NCBI RefSeq assembly: GCF_006345805.1
Contig: NC_043006.1
Location: 44,330,001 to 44,394,000, forward strand
Origin: Octopus sinensis
Taxonomy: Eukaryota
Length of the DNA stretch: 64,000 nt
Direction: 5' to 3'
Positions 12,837 through 26,242 of the stretch are shown here, piece after piece. Position 1 is the stretch's first letter, and every line of letters starts with the position of its first letter. A program made the translations under genes and the position numbers. The notes beneath the pieces are model-generated. The model saw nothing but the letters and a program-made list of their open reading frames with translations. It was not told the origin of the DNA and did no database searches.

Positions 12837-13638
12837 TGCGTGCACATCTTTGTGTTTGTTCTCCCATCGTTGCTTTGCAACCAGGGCCGGTTTGTTAATA
12901 TCCCTGTAATTTAACAGTTCGGCAAAAGAAACTGATAGAGTAAATGCCAAATTTAAAAGATAAGTCCCGGGGGAGTTGATTTGTTCAACCTCAACCCTTC
13001 AAGGGGGTACTCCAGCATGCCTGCAATCCAATGACTGAAAAACAGTAAAAGGAGAACGATAAAGATTTCATAGGTTTCAATAAACTTTCTTTTAGCTATC
13101 TGAACAACCCTGAATTTCCATTGGTACTGCTACCATATAATAACTCCACTAATAATTTTTTTCATAGTAATTATGTTGCTTGATTTTTCCTTTGTTCCTG
13201 TTTATTTTGATATTATTTCTATTTTAATATTTATATTTATATTTTCTCTATATTCTGGTTAACACCCTTCTGTTCACATGAACATTTTAAAAATCTCTGT
13301 TCACATTTGGATGTCCTACTTACAACAACATTAGAAATGATATTTACAATGTCTATGTCGTTCAACATGAGTTTTCTCTAATTTTTGTTATTTCTCTTCA
13401 AATTATATTTCAAAAGTATTTTTTGATAAATGCATATGGATTTATGAGAGAGAGAAATGTTATCTATCTATCTATCTATCTATCTAATTATAAATTCATC
13501 TATATGTGTATTTGTGTATGTGTGTGTGCATTCTTTGTATGCACCTGCACATACTTATCCACATGTATTAAGCATGCATATATATACACACACATGTGTG
13601 TGGATGTGTATGTGTGTGCATGTATACATATATATATA

Positions 13639-13726
<88 letters not shown>

Positions 13727-15044
13727 TATTTATATGTGTATATACACATGTATGTATATATATTTATGTATATATGTATATATGTATATATATGTATATA
13801 TATATACTTATATATATATAAATGTGTGTGTGTGTTATTCATCTCAAAGGGAAGATTTGTATGACATTTATTTTGTTCTATAAAGTAGCAACATCTTTGA
13901 TTTCAAATTTTCAAACTTCTGGCACAGATGCAGCATTAGGTATGTGCGTGGGTGAGTGGTTGAGCAGCTTGCTTACCTAGCCATGGGATTACTGGTTCGA
14001 TCCCACTGCACAACACCTTGGGCAAGCATCTCAGACCAACCTATGCCTTATGAGTGGATTGGGTCGATGAAAAGCGAAAGAAGTCTATCATATGTGATTT
14101 TGTGTGTGTGTGTTTGTATTCTTGTTAAATAAGAATATTGTTGACTGTGACTTCAAAGTCTCAGCCAGGTAAGTCATCATTGGGCTGTGATCCATTGAAG
14201 TTGATATTGGCTTAATATATTCTCTGTTGAATTTAAATCTTTCTTGTGTATGTGGGTTTGAATGGAGTGGTAATTTAGGTCTTAAGGTGAGTCACTACGG
14301 AGAGATATTTTCAGAGAAATTTTTATTGATTCAATTTGGGGGATCTGTTATTGTTTAGGAATTTATTCATGCATGTAAAAGTTTGTTAGCAAGTGTGAAT
14401 ATTGTTGGACTGCTGGCATGAGGCATCCAATTTATGCTAACATAAAAAACAGAAGTGAAATGGTGATGATTCCTCCCAAAAAGCAAAACAGTTCGTCTTT
14501 CAGTTTTTTTCTTCCCTGCTCTGGTTTTTTGAGATATATTTCACCTCAAAAACTTCCTTTCTCTTTCTGAAACTAAATCCATAAGTTACAAAGGAACAGT
14601 TATTCTGAAACTCTGCCAAAGCTTATATAGAGTATGTCAACCTGATAGAAATAATGATCCAAGTCTCCTTTAAATCACACCATCTTTCTGGTTTTCATTT
14701 GTATATGTTGCAACGATGAGGGTTCCAGTTGATCCAATCAACAGAACAGCTTGCTCGTGAAATTAACATGCAAGTGGTTGAGCAATCCACAGACACGTGT
14801 AACCTTAACGTAGTTCTCAGGGAGATTCAGCGTGACACAGAGTGTGACAAGGCTGGCCCTTTGAAATACAGGTACAAGAGAAACAGGAAGAAAGAATGAG
14901 AGAAAGTTGTGGTGAAAGAGTACAGCAGGATTCACCACCACCCCCTGCCGGAGCCTTGTGGATTTGGACCTTGTAAATGGATTTGCCTTGTGAATTTGAA
15001 CCTTGTGAGTGGATTGGGAGATGGAAACTGAAAGAAGTTCATCA

Positions 15045-15078
<34 letters not shown>

Positions 15079-15181
15079 CACACATATATATAGTTGAAAT
15101 TTACAGAAAAACAAAAGATGAAGACAGGTGTATAAACAACAAACATGTGTATTTGTTTAATGCTCAGGAAGGTGAAAAAGT

Positions 15182-15217
15182 CTTTTACATTTCAAGCCTA
15201 TGCTCTTCAACAGAAAG
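15182..15217 (-). ncRNA. Hammerhead-like fold, CUGUUGA family, decayed
   Basis: CTTT-CTGTTGA-A-GAGC-ATAG-GCTT-GAAAT-GTA-AAAG inside a copy (15090-15240) of the same repeat as 1560-1720. Confidence 0.55.
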
Positions 15218-15740
15218 GAACATGAGGAAATAAACAGAGAAAGAATATATGTGTGTGGGTATGTATGTATGTATGTATGTATGTATGTATGTGTGTGTGT
15301 GTGTTGTGTGTGTGTGTGTGTGTGTGCACTTGACTCCACCACCACCCGGCAACCGACGTTGGTGTGTTGAGATTCCCTGTAACTTAGTGCTCCAGCAAAG
15401 AGACTGATAGAATAATGCTTTACAGAAACTAATAAGTACCAGGTTCGATTTGATCAACTAAAATTCTTCAGGGCTGTACCCCAACATGGCTGCAGTCTAA
15501 TGACTAAAACAAATAAAAGATAAAAGATATAAATACATATATACCATCATCATCATCATCATCTTATATCCCCAATTCTTAGAAATGGATGGGTGTATTC
15601 AGAGATAGCGTACAGAAACATCAGGAACAGCAATGCAGCTGGTAGTGTGAATAGAGGGATGCCTAATCTGGATAGATCAGCCAAAAAATGTTTAGGTGCA
15701 TCATCAAAATACATGCACACACACACGCACACACACACAG

Positions 15741-15778
<38 letters not shown>

Positions 15779-15794
15779 ACACACATGTATACAT

Positions 15795-15825
<31 letters not shown>

Positions 15826-16902
15826 CATGTATATACATAAACATATATATACACACAAGCATATACACATAGCCACACACATGTGCATATCTATATATAT
15901 GTATATGTATATATATGTTACAATATTTGATTATACACTTTGATTTAAGAGTGCATGTAGCTGAAGAAAAAAAAAGAAAAAAACAACAAAAAAAAAGACA
16001 ATTCAAATTGTTGGCAACCATAAGATTTCCAATTTGTTTATATTTGCTGCCATGTCTTGGAAAGGTATAAACAATTTCTTATATACATATTCTTTTGCAT
16101 CATTTTATTTTTCATTTCAACATTCTTAATACTATCCCACGTTTCATTTGAGGGAGTAACAGCAGTAACTGCATGGATAAAATATCTTTGAACATTTAAA
16201 TATTTGCATGTTAAGAAAAGACATAAAAATCTTTGAGAACACACCCTTGAAACATCTTTGTCGTGAGTGATGGAAATATTTCAGAACTAGCAAAATATCA
16301 TCAGTAACTGAATAAAAATACAATTTACCATATTAACAATAAATGGACATTATTGGTGCAGGGATGGCTGTATGGTAAGTAGCTTGCTTACCAACCACAT
16401 TGTTACGGGTACCGAGGCAGATTTTCTATGGCGAGGTGTCCTTCTTGTCACCAACCCTTAAACGTTTCCAAGTAAGGTTATATTTCTCCATGACTAGACA
16501 TGTTTTCACAGAATACTGGAAACGAATGACCCTGCCTGCATGACAGTGACACTCATTTACAACTATCATGTGATGTCAAAACCAGGAGTCACAAACATAT
16601 ACACAAACGCAGTCATGTACATATACCTGCACATAAATGTGTGTGTGTGAATATATACATATATATATCATCATCATCATCATCATCATATATATATGTA
16701 TATATCTATATCTTCGTTCAACTCCATTTCTTCAATTCACTAATAATATTAAAATTCAATTATCCGCACCAACGCACGGTTGCAACACCATATGGTTGTA
16801 ACCTCCAACCGTGCTGTCTTCTGCTGTGATTTTTGCTACCAAGGTATCGTTAAACTTTTGATTAATCTGCCAACAAGATTATTCATCTTTCTATTTCACA
16901 AA

Positions 16903-16937
<35 letters not shown>

Positions 16938-16984
16938 TGTATATATATGTACATATACATGCATACATATACATACATATACAT

Positions 16985-17212
<228 letters not shown>

Positions 17213-17478
17213 CAATGTTTGCTTTTATGTTTAGTTATAATAAAAACCATCTTATTTTAATCTGAAGGGTTACCTCATACTTCAGTAGAATACAAATTAA
17301 TCATTCTTTAACACGTAGCAATATTGACAGTGACTTCAAAGTTTTGGCCAATTAGCTATCCTCAGACTGTCAATACTATTCTTATTAAAGAATGATATAT
17401 ATATATATATAAGAATTTTTTGCGTAATGAGATAAAAAACCAAGGCTGTGTAGATATTAGAACATTTATAGATTTAAG

Positions 17479-17530
17479 GTCGTATAGCTGTTTCCAGGAT
17501 ATTTGTAAATTATATCCCTTCATCGGAGAT
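17479..17530 (-). ncRNA. Decayed hammerhead-like fold with CCGAUGA core
   Basis: atct-CCGATGA-AG-GGATAT-aatttacaa-ATATCC-TG-GAAAC-AGCT-ATA-cgac. Stem II intact, stem I damaged. Confidence 0.5.
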
Positions 17531-18074
17531 GGTGTGAGAGGATGGTTAAGTAATAGTTAATTTAAATAGGATACAAAATAGAGAGTGAGCTGGAGGAAAG
17601 AAAATAGATGTGAGATATGTAGGGATATTGAAGTTGTAGATCCATTTTTTAGGCAGAATGGTATATATGTAAGATGGTATATATATATAAATATATATAT
17701 GCTGCTGCCATGTAAAAAGCACCCATGCCAGTGCCACATTAAACACCCATATTGGTGCTATGTAATAAGCAGCCATGCTGGTGCCAGGTAAAAAGCATCC
17801 ATGCCAGTACCACACATAAGCACCTCTGCCAGTGCCTTATACAAGGCACCCGTGCTGGTGCCACATGGTAGCACTGGTGCTGGTGCTACAAAATAGCACT
17901 GGTGCTGGTGCCACATAGAATGCACCCAGCACATTCTGCAAAGTTCTTGTCACTAGGAAGGCAATCCAGCTGTAGAAACTATCCCAAAACAGACGATGGA
18001 ACCTGATGCCAGCCAGCTCCTGTTAAATCGTCCAACCCATGCCAGCATGGAAAATGTGCATTAAATGGTGGTGG

Positions 18075-18190
18075 TGGTGAAGAAGCAGAAGCAGCAGAAG
18101 AAGAAGAAGAAGAAGAAGAAGAAGAAGAAGAAGAAGAAGAAGAAGAAGAAGAAGAAGAAGAAGAAGAAGAAGAAGAAGAAGAAGAAGAAG

Positions 18191-18235
<45 letters not shown>
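18075..18235. repeat. (GAA)n(AAC)n microsatellite
   Basis: Directly visible; source of the poly-K/poly-N ORF. Confidence 0.95.
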
Positions 18236-18236
<1 letters not shown>

Positions 18237-18508
18237 TCGTTTACATTTTGCTATTCACCATCTCAGACTCTAAAACTTTCCGTGATTACGGTATAGTTAG
18301 TTGTCTACCTTGGAAACCAGCTTTTCAAAACAAAAAGGTTTATTCAGTATGACTTCTCTGGAAAATTTCATTTGCTTAATTGCACCTGTATTCCCCAATG
18401 AGAACAAGTTCTAAAATAAACTTACATTTGAGAATTAAAATTAAAACACTAAATTCTATATAAGCTTTTATTTATTTATTTATTCATATTTTACATCAAG
18501 AACATTTT

Positions 18509-18545
<37 letters not shown>

Positions 18546-19035
18546 CTTCATAACTGTATAACATTTTTCACCATTCTGTGGAAATATTTCAAACATCACT
18601 TTGAGCAAAGAATATTCCTACAGATCTGCAGAGATGCTGTAGAGAGTTAAAAGATGTTGAACAGTGATACATAAAGTGTATATCCTTATTTGCTTGTGTG
18701 TGTGTGTGTATGGTAGACTCTCCCATTGATTATGATGTGTGAGAGTTCAGCTTTTGCCAAATGACCTGCACAAATGATTTGTTTATATTGATCAAATGTA
18801 TGTGTTGTACTTTAATTCACTCTCTCCATCAAATCAACATTGCCTGAACAGGTGCACAGTTCACCGCACATCAAATGTAGAAGTGATAGCAGAACAATAT
18901 GAGACAAAGTGTTTTGCTCAAGAACACAACGCACACCTGGTCTAAGAAATGAAACCACAATCTAATGATCATGAGTACAACACCATAACCACTAGGCCAT
19001 ACATTCTCATATATATATATATACACACACACTAT

Positions 19036-19244
19036 ATTTGTGTATTAAGGCTACAACTGGTTTCATGTTAAGAAAATATCTTAACAATTTTTCAAGCCAA
19101 TCACATTGAGAAATTGGTCTCCATTTTGAATTACAATATATAATCCAAAATGGAGATAAACACCAATTTCTCAATGTGATTGGCTTGAAAAATTGTTAAG
19201 ATATTTTCTTAACATGAAACCAGTTGTAGCCTTAATACACAAAT
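19036..19244. repeat. Perfect 83-bp inverted repeat (fold-back) with HHR-like fold in each arm
   Basis: 19036-19118 is the exact reverse complement of 19162-19244. The 43-nt spacer contains ctccattttg/caaaatggag. Confidence 0.95.
19179..19236 (+). ncRNA. Hammerhead-like fold with U3-A8 core covariation
   Basis: ATTGGC-TTGAAAA-AT-TGTTAAGA-tattt-TCTTAACA-T-GAAAC-cagtt-GTA-GCC(tt)AAT. Mirror copy on the minus strand in the left arm. Confidence 0.6.
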
Positions 19245-19523
19245 AAAGAATATTTATCCATCAATGCAGTGTCAAACACTCATTCTCATTGTTTGACATT
19301 TACATATATAAATATATTAAATATATATAAAATGAGTATATAAGGATGAATTATCCAGGCGGGTACTGTAATAGCTCTCAAGTATATTTGACTAACCACA
19401 TCAAATAGTAATAGACATCAGTGATTGCTTAGTATGAGTAATCCTGTTGTAATACTTCTGACAGGTAAATCCAGGTTTGCTTCTCAGGATTATGAATATT
19501 TTCAGGAGTGTAAATTCCAAATA

Positions 19524-20089
19524 TTGGGTTGTCTGGAAAGTTCATGCCGATTTATAGTAGCTTACTTTTCGACTTATTTTCGAACATGGTTAAGTCCATG
19601 AAATAGGATTTGACTACACTTCCATTTAGAGCACAGTTTAAGCTATCTTTTCCTGGAAGAAGGTTTATGTTCCTATATCCTGTGTTAATTCTGTAACCCT
19701 TTAAAATGGAAGATAAGAAAGTTCATTTTCGGCACTTGATGCTTTGGGAACCAGACAAAAATTGCTGCAGCTTGGCTGGGATCTGTTACCCCACCCTCCA
19801 TATTCACCAGATATTGCTCCTTCAGATTTCCACTTATTCAGGTCTCTGCAGAATAGTCTTAATGGTAAAGATTTCAATTCCTTGGATGACGTAAAAAGAT
19901 ACCTTGATGAATTCTTTGCCATGAAACCAGCTCAATTCTGGGAAGAGGGTATTTTCAAATTAAAGGAAAGATGGAGACGCATTGTGCAACAAAATGGTTC
20001 ATATTTGGTTGATTAAAAATGTAATGGCAAGTGTTTATTGACCTTTTTCTTTCCTTTAAAAATCAGCACGAACTTTCCTGACAACCCAA
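19524..20089 (+). mobile_element. Internally deleted mariner (566 bp) with near-intact TIRs
   Basis: TA|ttgggttgtctggaaagttcatgccgattt ... aaatcagcacgaactttcctgacaacccaa|TA. N-terminal MEDKKVHFRHLML is joined to C-terminal PHPPYSPDIAPSDFHLFRSLQNSL...NGSYLVD*. Confidence 0.95.
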
Positions 20090-22699
20090 TAATTATAAAA
20101 AATATAGAGACTGGTATAACTTCAAATTTTTCTTTTAATTTAACAGTTAGTTATACAGCATAATTAGTTAGTTAAAATGACCAACATGTGTTTCTGCTGC
20201 ACAGAGTATGTACAGTTGTTTATGCAATCCAGCATATTTTGTTGTGCACCTTCATCCAGAGTCTTTCTGCAAGTGTAGTTCAAAGCAATCTGAGTTTCTT
20301 TATTCATAGCTAGCTTATTTCATTATCCTGCTATGTTTAATATACAAAGGGAAGTAATGGGGATATGTTGAAATCTAATATGGCTACAAAATTTATTTTG
20401 TAACTGACCTCAAGCTAATCTTAGGTCCAGGATGAAATTGAGAGTTTTATCTATATTAAATTAGGTCATAAGGAAATCTGAGTGCTTTGATATTAAAAGA
20501 GATTGAATAAAAATAAATTAAACTTAATAACAACGATGGAATTCTATCATATACATGTTGTAGTGCTCCTGAGCACTATACACCACAATAATTTCATTAT
20601 TATTATTATTATATATTTTTACAATGTCCATAAGGAAGGTGCACTTGCAAATTGAGTTGTAGTTTATGAGGAAGTTAGAGTACTTTGACCTAATTTATAT
20701 AAAACTCTCAAGTTCATCCAGGAACTAAAGTTAACTTGTGGTCAAATACAAAATAGATCTTATGAAGAAGAGGGTGATGATATCATTTAATGAATACTGG
20801 ATGAATACATTAGCTACTTCAAGTTTCAAGCTCAGATAGTGCAGTAATGGAATGGGCTTGAATGGTGAGCATTTCTCTACCAGTCCAGCCACCTTTGGTT
20901 CACATGGGACAGCTGCTCCCTCAGAGTTCTTGTTTAGTTCTTTGCTTAATCTCATGCATATATGTATGTATGCCAGGTCACTTGTGCCGTCTCATGAGTG
21001 CTACTGTTAACATGGACCTGTTGCATGGTCGGTCATCAGCAACTAAACTGGCACCCCGACTAGGCTTGCTTGGTGAGGAGGGTTACTAGAAATCCAGCAG
21101 GACTAAAAACAAGACCTGTCAAAAGAATGGATGAACTTAGTGTAGGTTCAATGACTATCTAGCAATAGGTCAGAAATTCTGGGTTCATGTTTGGTGTGCT
21201 AGAAGACTACTGGGAGCAAGGTACCCCTCAGCTTTTGTCAAAGCATGTCCCTTGGAGAAGGTCACTCTGATATAAAACTGGAGACGTAGGCAATGGCTTT
21301 GGACATTTTGGAGCATGAGATCATGGTGCTTCCATATTCCTAAGCCTGCAACCCATATTGGCACTAGATATCTTGCCCTGAATTGTCTCTGGATCATATC
21401 AATTGTGCAGAGAGAGCCTGAGAGGTTTTGTACAAGCCTCATCAGACCTGAAATTTTAGCTTGTGTAATCGCCAGCAAGGTGACTTTCTGATACCCAGTT
21501 GAGTACGAAGGTGTCACAACAAGCATGAAAGCCATGGGTGCAAGCCTGGGTGAAGCTGACCGTGGGTACAATAACCTTAAGCATGGGCATTTGCTGATTT
21601 TTGCATGGGCAATGGTCAGTGATGGTCTTCCTCGGTCACAACTGGACAGCCATCAGGTGTGTGTGTCTGTATGTGTTTGTATGTATGTATATATGTACAT
21701 ATGTATGTATATATGTACATATGTATGTACATATGTGTGTATGTATGTATGTATGTATGTATACTCTATATAGAAAACTAGATGTTATCATGATGGTATA
21801 CACAATGTTTGAATATTTGTGTTGGACAAGGAAAGCTATTTTCATGACTAGATTATGTTTCAGATAATGATAAGATTTTACACAAGCTTTGTGAACTACA
21901 ATAATATGAAAATTGAAAGCAGGACATTGTAACTTGGCTATTACCACATAGTAGATATATTCTAATTGCAAATTCTAATTTCAGTATGATACCCCCTTAA
22001 ACATTTTAAAGCTGTTGTGTTAGTATCTATGACTATTCTACAGCTTGAGCTGAAAAGGGAATCTCTATGTTGTTACTAGATCTGCAAGAAATAGCAGCCA
22101 AATCTACTTCATATCACACCCTGCTATATTTTTAAGTAGAGAAAGAAAGACAAATAAGGTCTCTGCAATACAAATAGGCAGAATGTTAACATCAAGAATA
22201 ATTTTGATCAGATATCTACTTAGAGCTAACATGGACTAAACTACAAAGCAATTACTATTTTAACTTGAGCCAATGAGAAAGTCTCTAGATGGTGGCTCAA
22301 TGCTAGAAATAGCAACAACTTCTCCCTCATATTATATCTTACAACCTTTTAAGTAGTGGACACATTAAACAGTACATATATAAAAATAAACAGGATTGTT
22401 ATGACTGAATTGGCTGGAATGTCTTTAATCAAAAGTCTGCTCAATCAAAGCTAATCTGATCGAATAGATCTATCATCAAATATTGATTTCAAATTTTGGC
22501 ACAAGGCCAGAAATTTCAGGGGAGGAGGTAAGCCAATTATGTCTTCCCTAATGTGCAAATGGTACTTATTTTATCACCCCAAAAAGGATGAAAGGCGAAA
22601 TCAAATATGAACAACTTCAGAAGCCAACAAAAGAGCATCTGTGTGGTCATTCAACCTGCAAGAAATAGCAGCCAGATCTTCTTCATATCATGCACTCAG

Positions 22700-23040
22700 G
22701 GTAAAGATCCCCTTTGGTCATGAATAACCATGAGATTGCACCTAGAAAGTTCCCCTCCGAGGCACGAGTCCAGGCAAAGTTGTTTATGGAAGACCAGCAG
22801 TCACCCATGCATACCAGCCATTCCTTTCCACACCACTGATGTTATCCAAGGGAAAGGCAAAGGCTGATACAGTTTGGCACCAGTGACATTGCAGCTCATT
22901 TCTACAGCTGAGTGAATTAGAGCACCGTGAAATAAAGTGTCTTGCTTAAGAACACAACAGACAGACAGATCCATGAATCAAACACACTATTTCATGATTG
23001 AGAGCCCAATGCTCTAACCATTGAGCCATGCACCTTCTTT
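22700..23040 (-). mobile_element. tRNA-derived SINE family E
   Basis: Reverse-orientation homologue of 52490-52810 (ggcacat..gtggttagaatg...cttgagcaagacac...gaccgaaggg). Confidence 0.75.
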
Positions 23041-23246
23041 AAGAAGTACGCCTGCAGAGAGACAACTGTCTTTGAAAAAAGTTTACACTAGGACAATATA
23101 AACTGGGTTATTTTATGTCTAAAATAAAAGATGGGGTGGTCATAGATGGAATGCTTGTTTTGATCATAAATTTGCTGTCAGAGCTGACCTATAGCTAAGC
23201 AACAGCAACAACAACAACAACTACAACAACAACAACAACAACAACA

Positions 23247-23379
<133 letters not shown>

Positions 23380-25219
23380 ATTCTAACTGAAGCCAATGAG
23401 GAAACTATGAACAAACGAAGCCTCTGTCTAGTAACTTGATCTTTAAGCTATAGCAGCTGCATGGCTGTGTGGTTAAGAAGCATACTTTGCAACCATGTGG
23501 TTTTGGGTTCAGTCTCAGGGTGGAACTTTGGACAAGTGTCTTCTACTGCCACTTCAAACAGACCAATGCCTTGTGAGTGAATTTGATAGATGGAAACTGT
23601 GTAGAGGCCCTGTGTGTGTGTGTGTGTGTGTGTGTTGTGTGTGTGTGTGTGTTGTGTGTGTGTGTGTGTGGTGTGGTGTGTGGTGGTGTGTTGTGTGTGT
23701 ACATGTGAGAGAGAAAGAAAGAGGGTGAGAGAGGGAAACTGAAATAGGAGAGGCAGTAATGACAGAGTGTAATGGGAGACAGACACTAGTAAAAGTTACA
23801 TGTTTGCTGATAAGGGTGGAAATGAATGATGGATAATTGTTGAAACATTTAATGATAAGAGAATGTAAACATGTAATGGATAGTTATAGAAATGGTCAGA
23901 GGTAAGAAAGTAAAATGGATACTGATAATGATAGGTCTGAGGAAGAGAGAAAGAGAGTGGTGGTTAGCCTTATAGAAGATAATGTTCATTGGTAAGAGTG
24001 AGTGTGAGTGACAGATAGTTGAGTTGAGGGTAATGAATGTCAATAATAGAGTTATCTGAGGGAGAGAAAGTGATGGAATGTGAATATAGGGTGTATTGGA
24101 TACCACCATATCTGACACTATCCCTCATTATACAAGCATAATGATGTGAGATAGAGAGAGAAAGTGAGAGAGAGAGAGAGAGAGAGAGAAGGCAAAAGGA
24201 AATACAAATGGTGTAGTTGGGACAGGGGACTAGATATGAACAGATCTATTTTTCCCCTTTTTATATTCTTTTCTACTCTAGGCACAAGGCATGAAATTTT
24301 TGGGAAGGGAGTCAGTCGATTAGATCGACACCAGTATGCAACTGGTACTTGATTTATCGACCCCCCCCCCCGAAAGGATGAAAGGCAAAGTCGACCTCAG
24401 CAGAATTTGATCTCAGAACATGAAGAGAGATGAATGCCACTAAGCATTTCGCCCAGCGTGCTAACGTTTCTGCCAGCACCCCTTTTTATATTGCTGGCAT
24501 AATGCTATTAACAGAGAGTAGGGTGCAAGGGTATCACATAGACAAGAAGGGCAGCAGATGGTGATGCAGATACAAAATGGGCAAAAAGACCCAGAAGGAT
24601 AGATACACATTGTACATCCTAAATTCCATGAATAGTCAAATCTCACACATTTATTTATAGGGACAGGCATGACTGTGGGCTTAAGATGTTTGCATCCCAT
24701 CCATATGTGTATGTGTAAATGTGTTTGTGTAAATGTGTGTGTGTGTGTGTGTGTGTGTGGCTGTGCCTCCTTATCTTGGCATTCACATTATTGTAGCAAA
24801 TGGCTATCACTGCCTTACAAACAATGTCATTCATTTTCATTTCCACATCTTCCATGAAAACATGTCCAGCCATGAGGAATTATTACCATAAATATTGGTT
24901 CCAAATTTTGGCACAAGGTCAACAATTTCTCTTTTTAGGGAGTAAGTTGATTATATCAACCCCAATGCTCAACTTGTGCTTATTTTATCGACCCCGAAAG
25001 GATGAAAAACAAAGTCGGCCTGGATAGAATTTGAACTCAGAACATAAAGACAGATGAAATGCTGCTAAGCATTTTGCCAAGAGTGCTAACAGTTCTGCCA
25101 GATTGCTGCCTTATTTAAAAGTGGTCAGCAAAGCTGGGAGCAAAACTCTGTACCTCTTAAATTCTGGCTGAGGGCACTGTATTATTAAACTAAGCAACCC
25201 TTGACAAATATTACTTTAA

Positions 25220-25441
25220 TCCTTTCATTACTGTATTTATTTTGAGATGCTCTGCATTTCTTTCAATTAATTTTAAATATAACAAAGAATTTAGTAAAAT
25301 AACTTAGTTATCATTCAGCTAGTGTCAGGAACATAAATTGTGACTAAGGTTTGGTGGTGGATTTTAATTCAAAACTTATGAAAGCAAGACATTTATACTA
25401 CAGAGCCAGAGGTGGTTTTGGCTGGGTTGGTATTAAAAGGG
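25220..25441. mobile_element. piggyBac-like MITE family 2
   Basis: TTAA at 25216-19 and 25442-45; homologous to 57436-57656. Confidence 0.7.
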
Positions 25442-26192
25442 TTAAATATTACCATAGGGAAAATACAATAGAGTATAAGTGATTTGAGAGAAAAACTGGG
25501 TGTATGTAGCATCAGATGTAGTATGCAAGGGAGAAGATTGTGCTGGTATGGCCATGTAATGCACATGAATGAAAACAGTTGCATCAAGAATTACCAAGCT
25601 CTAATTGTGGAGGGAATATATGGAAGGGGTAGATCCAGGACATGACTTTGGAAACGGCCGTAGAAATTCGATTTCCTCGAACTGTATTATATATTTTATA
25701 TACCATTTAGATGTTTTAAAAAAACACATCGAACTCTGTGGATCTTTTAATTGAAACTCTTAACTGCTCTTAATTTTAGTACAAAAAATTTTTATCAGTT
25801 CTCTTTTTCTCACACTTTCTTCCATACTTATCCCACATGGGCTTTATTTACATGTATTTTTATGTATATTTATATATATTCTTTTATTCTTTCATTTGTT
25901 TCAGTCATTTGACTACAGCCATGCTGGAGCACCGCCTTTAGTCAAACACATTGATCCCAGGACTTATTCTAGTAAGCCTAGTATTTATTCTATTGGGATT
26001 TTTTTCCCGAACCACTAAGTCATGGGGACATGAACACACCAATATCAGTTGTCAAGCGATGGTGGGGGGACAAACACAGAAGACATACAAACACATACAC
26101 ATACACACACACACATATAAACAGGGAATAGATAAAACAGGGAACAACTGATGAAGGGAATGTTCTTTATGTTGCCTGTCTCGTTTCTCTAT

Positions 26193-26195
<3 letters not shown>

Positions 26196-26242
<47 letters not shown>

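Noticed and set aside
13880-13946. Apparent exon ending AG|GTATGT
   Set aside because: The donor coincides with the head of a family A SINE; weak acceptor.
15559-15710. Minus ORF DDAPKHFLADLSRLGIPLFTLPAALLFLMFLYAISEYTHPF, membrane-protein-like
   Set aside because: No donor site, it runs into a (GAT)n tail typical of retroelement ends, and no family is recognised.
21000-21660. GC-richer stretch with ORF 21185-21571
   Set aside because: Only a faint RRQWLGHILEH-like remnant after frameshifts; probably an old retroelement, and not classifiable.
26148-26195. CTGATGAAGGG start here and at 34535
   Set aside because: No matching GAAA or stem III found downstream; not called as an HHR.
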